In this document: piece after piece, positions 53,301-64,000 of the stretch
Layout: each line of letters begins with the position of its first letter
Position numbering within the stretch: the stretch's first letter is position 1
DNA from: Eledone cirrhosa
Taxonomy: Eukaryota
NCBI GenBank assembly: GCA_964016885.1
Contig: OZ024759.1
Coordinates: forward strand, 2,852,001-2,916,000
DNA length: 64,000 nucleotides
Direction: 5' to 3'
Made by a program: the position numbers and the translations under genes
Notes under the pieces: generated by a model
The model's input: only the letters and a program-made list of their open reading frames with translations
Database searches by the model: none
What the model was told of the DNA's origin: nothing

Positions 53301-56300
53301 TACCTTTCATTGATATACTCCACACTTCCTACCTTTCATTAATGTACTCCACACTTCCTACCATTCATTGATGTACTCCACACATCCTACATTTCATTGA
53401 TGTACTCCAAACTTGCTACCTTTCATTGATGTACTCCACATTTCCTACCTTTCATTGATGTACTCCACACTTCCTACCTTTCATTAATGTACTCCACACA
53501 TCCTACCTTTCATTGATGTACTCCACACTTCCTACCTTTCATTAATCTACTCCACACTTCCTACCTTTCATTGATGTACTCCACACTTCCTACCTTTCAT
53601 TAATGTACTCCACACTTCCTACCTTTCATTGATGTACTCCACACTTCCTACCTTTCATTCATGTACTCCACACTTCCTATCTTTTATTGATGTACTCCAC
53701 ACTTCCTACCTTTCATTGATGTACTCCACACTTCCTACCTTTCATTCATGTACTACACACTTCCTACCTTTCATTGATGTACTCCACACTTCTTACCTTT
53801 CATTGATGTACTCCACACTTCCTACCTTTTATGAACGTACTCAATACTTCCTACCTTTCATTGATGTACTCCACACTTCCTACCTTTCATTAATGTACTC
53901 CACACTTCCTAACTTTTATTAATGTACTCCACACTTCCTACCTTTCATTGATGTACTCCACACTTCCTACCGTTTATTAATGTACTCAATACTTCCTACC
54001 TTTCATTGATGTACTCCACACTTCTTACCTTTCATTGATGTACTCCACACTTCCTACCTTTTATGAACGTACTCAATACTTCCTACCTTTCATTGATGTA
54101 CTCCACACTTCCTACCTTTCATTAATGTACTCCACACTTCCTTACTTTTATTAATGTACTCCACACTTCCTACCTTTCATTGATGTACTCCACACTTCCT
54201 ACCGTTTATTAATGTACTCAATACTTCCTACCTTTCATTGATGTACTCCACACTTCCTACCTTTTATTAATGTACTCAATACTTCCTACCTTTCATTGAT
54301 GTACTCCACACTTCCTACCTTTCATTAATGTACTCCACACATCCTACCTTTCATTAATGTACTCCACACTTCCTACCTTTCATTGATCTATTCCACACTT
54401 CCTACCTTTCATTGATGTACTCCACACATCCTACCTTTCATTAATGTACTCCACACATCCTACCTTTCATTAATGTACTCCACACATCCTACCTTTCATT
54501 AATGTACTCCACACATCCTACCTTTCATTAATGTACTCCACACTTCCTACCTTTTATTGATGTACTCCACACTTCCTACCTTTCATTGATGTACTCCACA
54601 TTTCCTACCTTTCATTGATGTACTCCATACTTCCTACCTTTCATTGATGTACTCCACACTTCCTACCTTTCATTGATGTACTCCACACTTCCTACCTTTC
54701 ATTGATGTACTCCACACTTCCTACCTTTCATTGATGTACTCCACACTTCTTACCTTTCATTGATGTACTCCACACTTCCTACCTTTCATTGATGTACTCC
54801 ACACTTCCTACCTTTCATTGATGTACTCCACACTTCCTACCTTTCATTAATGTACTCCACACATCCGACCTTTCATTAATGTACTCCACACATTCTAACT
54901 TTCATTGATGTACTCCACACTTCCTACCTTTCATTGATGTACTCCACACTTCCTACCTTTTATTAATGTACTCCACTCTTCCTACCTTTCATTGATGTAC
55001 TCCAGGCTTCCTACCTTTCATTGATGTACTCCACACTTCCTACCTTTCATTGATGTACTCCACACATCCTACCTTTCATTGATGTACTCCACACTTCCTA
55101 CCTTTCATTAATGTACTCCACACTTCCTACCTTTTCATTGATGTACTCCACACATCCTCCCTTTCATCAATGTACTCCACACATCCTACCTTTCATTGAT
55201 GTACTCCACACTTCCTACCTTTCATTAATGTACTCCACACTTCCTAACTTTCATTAATGTACTCCACACATCCTACCTTTCATTGATGTACTCCACACAT
55301 CCTACCTTTCATTGATGTACTCCACACTTCCTACCTTTCATTAATGTACTCCACACCTCCTACCTTTCATTGATGTACTCCACACATCCTACCTTTCATT
55401 GATGTACTCCACACTTCCTACCTTTCATTAATGTACTCCACACCTCCTACCTTTCATTGATGTACTCCAGGCTTCCTACCTTTCATTAATGTACTCCACA
55501 CATCCTACCTTTCATTAATGTACTCTACACTTCCTACCGTTTATTAATGTACTCCACACTTCCTACCTTTCATTGATGTACTCCACACTTCCTACCTTTC
55601 ATTGATGTACTCCAGGCTTCCTACCTTTTATTAATGTACTCCAGACTTCCTATCTTTCATTGATGTACTCCACACTTCCTACCTTTCATTAATGTACTCC
55701 ACACATCCTACCTTTCATTAATGTACTCCACACTTCCTACCTTTCATTAATGTACTCAATACTTCCTACCTTTCATTGATGTACACCACACTTCCTACCT
55801 TTTATTGATGTACTCCACACTTCCTACCTTTCATTAATGTACTCAATACTTCCTACCTTTCATTGATGTACTCCACACTTCCTACCTTTCATTAATGTAC
55901 TCAATACTTCCTACCTTTCATTGACGTACTCCACACTTCCTACCTTTCATTGACGTACTCCACACTTCCTACCTTTCATTAATGTACTCCACACTTCCTA
56001 CCTTTCATTAATGTACTCAATACTTCCTATCTTTCATTGATGTACTCCACACTTCCTACCTTTCATTAACGTACTCCACACTTCCTACCTTTCATTAATG
56101 TACTCCACACTTCCTACCTTTCATTAATGTACTCCACACTTCCTACCGTTTATTTATGTACTCATTACTTCCTACCTTTCATTAATGTACTCCACACTTC
56201 CTACCTTTCATTAATGTACTCCACACTTCCTACATTTTATTAATGTACTCCACACTTCCTACCGTTTATTAATGTACTCATTACTTCCTACCTTTCATTG

Positions 56301-59300
56301 ATGTACTCCACACATCTTACCTTTCATTAATGTACTCCACACATCCTACCTTTCATTGATGTACTCCACACTTCCTACCTTTCATTGATGTACTCCACAC
56401 TTCCTACCTTTCATTAACGTACTCCACACTTCCTACCTTTCATTAATGTACTCCACACTTCCTACCTTTCATTAATGTACTCCACACTTCCTACCGTTTA
56501 TTAATGTACTCATTACTTCCTACCTTTCATTGATGTACTCTACACATCCTACCTTTCATTAATGTACTCCACACTTCCTACCTTTCATTAATGTACTCCA
56601 CACTTCCTACCTTTCATTGATGTACTCCACACCTCCTACCTTTCATTGATGTACTCCACACTTCCTACCTTTCATTGATATACTCCACACTTCCTACCTT
56701 TCATTAATGTACTCCACACTTCCTACCATTCATTGATGTACTCCACACATCCTACATTTCATTGATGTACTCCAAACTTGCTACCTTTCATTGATGTACT
56801 CCACATTTCCTACCTTTCATTGATGTACTCCACACTTCCTACCTTTCATTAATATACTCCACACTTCCTACCTCTCATTGATGTACTCCACACATCCTAC
56901 CTTTCATTGATGTACTCCACACATCCTACCTTTCATTGATGTACTCCACACATCCTACCTTTCATTGATGTACTCCACACTTCCTATCTTTTATTAATGT
57001 ACTCCACACTTCCTACCGTTTATTAATGTGCTCCACACTTCCTAACTTCCATTAATCTACTCCACACTTCCTACCTTTCATTAATATACTCCACACATCC
57101 TACCTTTCATTAATGTACTCCACACATTCTAACTTTCATTGATGTACTCCACACTTCCTACCTTTTATTAATGTACTCCACTCTTCCTACCTTTCATTGA
57201 TGTACTCCAGGCTTCCTACCTTTCATTGATGTACTCCACACTTCCTACCTTTCATTGATGTACTCCACACTTCCTACCTTTCATTAATGTACTCCACACT
57301 TCCTACCTTTTCATTGATGTACTCCACACATCCTCCCTTTCATCAATGTACTCCACACATCCTACCTTTCATTGATGTACTCCACACTTCCTACCTTTCA
57401 TTAATGTACTCCACACATCCTACCTTTCATTGATGTACTCCACACTTCCTAACTTTCATTAATGTACTCCACACATCCTACCTTTCATTGATGTACTCCA
57501 CACATCCTACCATTCATTGATGTACTCCACACATCCTACCTTTCATTGATGTACTCCACACTTCCTACCTTTCATTAATGTACTCCACACCTCCTACCTT
57601 TCATTGATGTACTCCAGGCTTCCTACCTTTCATTAATGTACTCCACACATCCTACCTTTCATTGATGTACTCCACACATCCTACCTTTCATTGATGTACT
57701 CCACACTTCCTACCTTTCATTAATGTACTCCACACCTCCTACCTTTCATTAATGTACTCCACACCTCCTACCTTTCATTGATGTACTCCACACATCCTAC
57801 CTTTCATTGATGTACTCCACACTTCCTACCTTTCATTAATGTACTCCACACCTCCTACCTTTCATTGATGTACTCCAGGCTTCCTACCTTTCATTAATGT
57901 ACTCCACACATCCTACCTTTCATTGATGTACTCCACACATCCTACCTTTCATTGATGTACTCCACACTTCCTACCTTTCATTAATGTACTCCACACCTCC
58001 TACCTTTCATTGATGTACTCCACACATCCTACCTTTCATTGATGTACTCCACACTTCCTACCTTTCATTAATGTACTCCACACCTCCTACCTTTCATTGA
58101 TGTACTCCAGGCTTCCTACCTTTCATTAATGTACTCCACACATCCTACCTTTCATTGATGTACTCCACACATCCTACCTTTCATTGATGTACTCCACACA
58201 TCCTACCTTTCATTGATGTACTCCACACTTCCTACCTTTCATTAATGTACTCCACACCTCCTACCTTTCATTGATGTACTCCACACATCCTACCTTTCAT
58301 TGATGTACTCCACACTTCCTACCTTTCATTAATGTACTCCACACCTCCTACCTTTCATTGATGTACTCCACACATCCTACCTTTCATTGATGTACTCCAC
58401 ACTTCCTACCTTTCATTAATGTACTCCACACCTCCTACCTTTCATTGATGTACTCCACACATCCTACCTTTCATTGATGTACTCCACACTTCCTACCTTT
58501 CATTAATGTACTCCACACCTCCTACCTTTCATTGATGTACTCCACACATCCTACCTTTCATTGATGTACTCCACACTTCCTACCTTTCATTAATGTACTC
58601 CACACCTCCTACCTTTCATTGATGTACTCCACACTTCCTATCTTTTATTAATGTACTCCACACTTCCTACCGTTTATTAATGTACTCCACACTTCCTACC
58701 TTTCATTGATGTACTCCACACTTCCTACCTTTTATTAATGTACTCCACACTTCCTACCGTTTATTAATGTACTCCACACCTCCTACCTTTCATTGATGTA
58801 CTCCACACTTCCTACCTTTCATTGATGTACTCCAGGCTTCCTACCTTTTATTAATGTACTCCAGACTTCCTATCTTTCATTGATGTACTCCACACTTCCT
58901 ACCTTTCATTAATGTATTCCACACTTCCTACCTTTCATTAATGTACTCCATACTTCCTACCCTTTATTAATGTACTCCACACTTCCTACCTTTCATTGAT
59001 GTACTCCACACTTCCTATCTTTTATTAATGTACTCCACACTTCCTACCGTTTATTAATGTGCTCCACACTTCCTAACTTCCATTAATCTACTCCACACTT
59101 CCTACCGTTTATTAATGTACTCCACACTTCCTACCTTTCATTGATGTACTCCACACTTCCTACCTTTCAATGATGTACTCCACACTTCCTACCTTTCATT
59201 GATGTACTCCACACTTCCTACCTTTCATTAATGTACTCCACACATCCTACCTTTCATTAATGTACTCCACACATCCTACCTTTCATTAATATACTCCACA

Positions 59301-61118
59301 CTTCCTACCTTTCATTGATGTACTCCACACTTCCTGCCTTTTATTAATATACTCCACACTTCCTACCTTTCATTGATGTACTCCACACTTCCTGCCTTTT
59401 ATTAATGTACTCCACACTTCCTCACTTTCATTGATATACTCCACACTTCCTACCTTTCATTAATGTACTCCACACTTCCTACCTTTCATTGATGTACTCC
59501 ACACTTCCTACCTTTCATTGACATACTCCACCTTCCTACCTTTTATTAATGTACTCCACACTTCCTACCTTTTATTAATGTACTCAATACTTCCTACCTT
59601 TTATTGATGTACTCCACACTTCCTACCTTTCATTGATGTACTCCACACTTCCTACCTTTTATTAACGTATTCCACACTTCCTACGTTTCATTGATGTACT
59701 CCACACTTCCTACCTTTCATTGATGTACTCCACACTTCCTACCTTTCATTTATGTACTCCACACTTCTTACCTTTCATTGATGTACTCCACACTTCCTAC
59801 CTTCTATTAATGTATTCCACACTTCCTACCTTTTATTGATGTACTCCACACTTCCTACGTTTCATTGATGTACTCCACACTTCCTACCTTTCATTGACAT
59901 ACTCCACCTTCCTACCTTTTATTAATGTACTCCACACTTCCTACCTTTTATTAATGTACTCAATACTTCCTACCTTTTATTGATGTACTCCACACTTCCT
60001 ACCTTTTATTAACGTATTCCACACTTCCTACCTTTCATTAATGTACTCCACACTTCCTACCTTTCATTGATGTACTCCACACTTCCTACCTTTCATTAAT
60101 GTACTCCACACTTCCTACCTTTCATTGATGTACTCCACACTTCCTACGTTTCATTGATGTACTCCACACTTCCTACCTTTCATTGATGTACTCCACACTT
60201 CTTACCTTTCCTTGATGTACTCCACACTTCCTACCTTTCATTGATGTACTCCACACTTCCTACCTTTCATTGTTGTACTCCACACTTCTTACCTTTCATT
60301 GATGTACTCCACACATCCTACCTTTCATTGATGTACTCCACACTTCTTACCTTTCATTGATGTACTCCACACTTCCTACCTTTCGTTGATGTACTCCACA
60401 CTTCTTACCTTTCATTGATGTACTCCACACTTCTTACCTTTCATTGATGTACTCCACACTTCCTACCTTTCATTAATGTACTCCACACATCCTACCTTTC
60501 ATTGATGTACTCCACACTTTCTACCTTTTATTAATGTACTCCACATTTCCTACCTTTCATTAATGTACTCCACACTTCCTACCTTTCATTAATCTACTCC
60601 ACACTTCCTACATTAATGTACTCCAGGCTTCCTACCGTTTATTAATGTACTCCACACTTCCTACCTTGTATGAATGTACTCAATACATCATACCTTTCAT
60701 TGATGTACTCCACACCTCCTACCTTTCATTGATATACTCCACACTTCCTACCTTTCATTGATGTACTCCACATTTCCTACCTTTTATTGTTGTACTCCAC
60801 ACTTCCTACCTTTCATTGATGTACTCCACATTTCCTACCTTTTATTGTTGTACTCCACACTTCCTACCTTTCATTGATGTACTCCACACTTCCTACCTTT
60901 CATTGATGTACTCCACATTTCCTACCTTTTATTGTTGTACTCCACACTTCCTACCTTTCATTGATGTACTCCACACTTCCTACCTTTCATTAATCTACTC
61001 CACACTTCCTACCGTTTATTAATATACTCCACACTTCCTACCTTGTATGAATGTACTCAATACATCCTACCTTTCATTGATGTACTCCACGCTTCCTAGC
61101 TTTCATTAATGTACTCAA
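35384..61118. repeat. 29-bp satellite array, ~25.7 kb, ~890 copies (TGTACTCCACACTTCCTACCTTTCATTRA)
   Basis: Uninterrupted head-to-tail array, strongly C/T-skewed, with recurrent variant units. Confidence 0.99.
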
Positions 61119-61391
61119 CTTTACCATTTTGTAATTTATTCCATTGTGTGTATTTTTTATATGGTTTATTTCACGTTGATACCTTATCTCACCCTACTCA
61201 TTGTATATATGTGTGTATGTATATGTATATGTATATGTCTATGTGTGTGCCTATGTGTGCGTGAGTATATGTGAATACATACATATGTATGTAGGGGTAT
61301 ATATGTGTATATATGTATGTCTGTCTGTACACACATGTATGGGTGTGTAAATATGCATGTATGTGTTTATATACACATATATGTATGTATA

Positions 61392-61467
<76 letters not shown>

Positions 61468-61709
61468 TATGTGTGGGTGGGTATGTGTAACTGTATGTAT
61501 AATTTATGCAAATGTATAAGTATGTGTAGGTATGTGTGCGTAGATATGCATGCGATTGTGTGATTGTAGGCCTATGTAACTATGCGCGTGTGTGTATGTG
61601 CGTATGTTTATGTGTGTATGTATGTATTTTTTTATCAATCGACTTTCGTCAAATTGGACCGAGGAAACAATGTTTCCGTTGGTCTTTCCAATTGCTAGTA
61701 ATATCTATC

Positions 61710-61846
61710 GGTCGCAACTCCAGGTAGAAGGAGCAACGTGAAATAAAGTGTCTTGCTCAAGGACATAACGCATCGCCTGGTCCAAGAATCGAACTGACAA
61801 CCTCACGATAGCGAATCCAATTCTCTTACCACTCAGCGACATGCCT
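61710..61846 (-). mobile_element. tRNA-headed CORE-type SINE (family of 23820-23964)
   Basis: Minus strand GGCATGTCGCTGAGTGG...CAGTTCGATTC...TCCTTGAGCAAGACACTTTATTTCAC. Confidence 0.75.
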
Positions 61847-62306
61847 GTATGTATGTATGTATGTATGTATGTGTGCGTGCATGTGTGTGTATATATGGAT
61901 GTATGCAAGTGTGTGTATCTGTATGCGTGTATGTGTGTCTGTATGTGCGTACATGTGTGTGTGTGTGTATACATATATACATATATACATATATATGTAT
62001 ACATATGTGTGCGTATGTATGTATATATGTTTATACATATACGTGCGTGTATGGGCGTGTATATATGTACGCATGCATATATGTGTGTCTGTCTTAGACT
62101 ATGGCAGATACTTTTACAAGCCACATAGTAGTTTTCTCACCAATGAATGAATGAATACAGCCAGTGGTCCCATTTGACTGGTCAAGGAAGGAGTGACACC
62201 TCAAATTTTGAGCCAATGAGTAGACCACACAAACAGGATGACGTCAATTGCTGGGGATGAAACGGGCCGAATATTGTCAGTTGGAAGAAATGCCTTGAAA
62301 ACGATA

Positions 62307-62400
62307 AACATATCTGAGGACCTTGTGAATGCAGAGTCAGGTTCGATCTATAATAGATCCTGCCTTGAGCTGATCGTCAGAGAAACATATTTAATATGTT
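62307..62400 (+). ncRNA. Type I hammerhead (partly decayed) in pLTR fragment ~62100-62455
   Basis: AACAUAU CUGAGGA...GAAAC AUAU UUA AUAUGUU; 7-bp stem I. Stem II insert homologous to 14674 and 20772. Confidence 0.6.
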
Positions 62401-62489
62401 AATAAGTTGTGTTTTAATGCTTTAATGCATCACTGGATTCCTCGTTATCTATAATATATATCTATATATATATATATATATATATATAT

Positions 62490-63437
62490 AGCGTTGATGA
62501 GTCTCAAAATTGTGTAGGACAAGAGGATATAGAGAGGGCTCACAGCCAAACTCGCACGTGGTGAAGAATCTGCTAAAAGCCAAACTTCTACGTAGTAAAA
62601 AAATCTGCTGACCGTTGCTGGAGACGTATATAGTGGTAGAACACTGGAAGGTAATATCCGTAGTAGTAGAGCACTCATTCCATGGGACGAGTTAGGTAGA
62701 AGTGGTTACACAACAGTTACTTCACCATACCGAGAACAATTGTTTCACCTTAGCGGATCCTCAGATCGTAATGGACATGGTCATACGGAACAGGAAGGAC
62801 AACCGAACGAACGCGCATGCGCAGAAACGGTCACTTCACTCAGGCAATACTAAATTGCGTGCGAGAGGTGAAAGGGAGATAACTACAAAAGTCCGAAAGT
62901 TTCTAGTTGATAAGAAAATTAGGATGTTGTAATTCAATCCGGAGCTTTGAAGTTATGTAAAAGGTGTTTCCAGACGTGTGGACAACGTGTGAAGAATTCA
63001 TTCCTTGAGTTTAGGCAATCGCTATTGCATAATCTCTTTAGAATTGCGTATGGCTTGGACTTAGTGATGGCTTTCCATTGAATGGAGTAGTTTATACTTG
63101 AGTCCCTGAGAGACCATACGTGGCTCGCGAGTTTCGTGGATGAACGTCTGTCCGGGTACCTAAAAGACGACTGGTGGTTCAGGAAGCGTTCCTTAAATCG
63201 GCCGTCCGCCATACCCACTAAAACTAGGATACTCCTGCGCTAAGAACATGAAGGCCCACATCACCAACATCCCTAAGAAAAACATCCCACCAGGGTGCTC
63301 TTGCCGTAAGCCCGAAGCGTGTCCCCTTCAACAGCAATGCAACACACCCGCTGTAGTTTATGAAGCTGTGGTCACTTCCAACCGACCAAATCGACCACAG
63401 GAGGCCAATCCTATGTGGGCATGGCGGAGGGCCGATT
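62490..63437 (-). mobile_element. Penelope-like element 3' part (pLTR + GIY-YIG) with internal inversion
   Basis: Minus 62934-63218: VGMADGRFKERFLNH...VWSLRD...RCPH. Plus 63221-63437: KLGYSCAKN...CSCRKPEACPL...VVYEA...YVGMAEGRF. Confidence 0.85.
62731..62768 (-). ncRNA. Minimal hammerhead (family of 14858), one stem I mismatch
   Basis: CGAU CUGAGGA U CC GCUAA GG U GAAAC AAUU GUU CUCG. Confidence 0.6.
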
Positions 63438-63579
63438 CCTGATCAGCCAGATCTGCATATTAGCAGATCCACTGATGAGTCAGATTTGCATATCAGCAGA
63501 CTGGCCAGTCAGTTTCCTGTATACGAGCGATATATATATATATATATATATATATAGCGGCGATGAATTAGTTTTGCGA

Positions 63580-63749
63580 GGTTTTTTATATGAAATCGTG
63601 TGTCGAAACAGATATTGTTATATTTGGGGAGGGTCATATTTGCGTAATATATATATAAAAGACAGCGAGAAGCGAAAACCAACCAAACAGTGAGTGTGTT
63701 CTGTTATTAATTCTGGCAATATTACGCAAATATGACCCTCCCCAAATAT

Positions 63750-63757
<8 letters not shown>
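63580..63757. mobile_element. pLTR-end fold-back (family of 16130-16350)
   Basis: ATATTGTTATATTTGGGG(G)AGGGTCATATTTGCGTAATAT and its inverse; TA flank. Confidence 0.6.
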
Positions 63758-63822
<65 letters not shown>

Positions 63823-63844
63823 TATACACACACACACACACACA

Positions 63845-63909
<65 letters not shown>

Positions 63910-63917
63910 GCATATGT

Positions 63918-63988
<71 letters not shown>

Positions 63989-64000
63989 CACAGTTCAAGA

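Noticed and set aside
53629-53922. ORFs within the 29-bp satellite (also 35911 and 60816)
   Set aside because: They arise only where variant units lose the TGA/TAA; no coding signal.
35384-61118. CRISPR array (29-bp repeats)
   Set aside because: Head-to-tail units with no unique spacers, no cas genes, eukaryotic context.

Overview
Eukaryotic, AT-rich, microsatellite-saturated genomic DNA, most likely cephalopod (Octopus-like; inferred from the tRNA-SINE and RTE families and the long (TA)n/(CA)n tracts). It contains no intact protein-coding gene, and most ORFs in the track are microsatellite or satellite artefacts. Main contents: a frameshifted Tx1/L1-clade LINE (0.5-5.4 kb); RTE-clade LINE fragments carrying a PHD-type C4HC3 finger inside the RT; tRNA-derived SINEs; Helitron and mariner-type relics; many Penelope-like element (PLE) remnants (GIY-YIG endonuclease fragments, inverted pLTRs) inserted in (TA)n; a 40-bp minisatellite; and a ~25.7-kb array of a 29-bp satellite. 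The hidden signal is RNA structure. By eye I find about 20 type-I hammerhead ribozyme (HHR) motifs, intact or decayed, from several unrelated sequence families. The highlight is a tandem array of a ~480-bp non-coding unit (28.7-30.9 kb) with one minimal HHR per monomer, an octamer motif and a terminal inversion. This is a candidate non-LTR retrozyme that would self-process into ~480-nt (possibly circular) RNAs and be mobilised by PLEs. Several HHRs share a non-canonical U-U pair at the base of stem II, and several fold-back insertions invert at ribozyme helices. All folds were done by eye and none were computed or tested.
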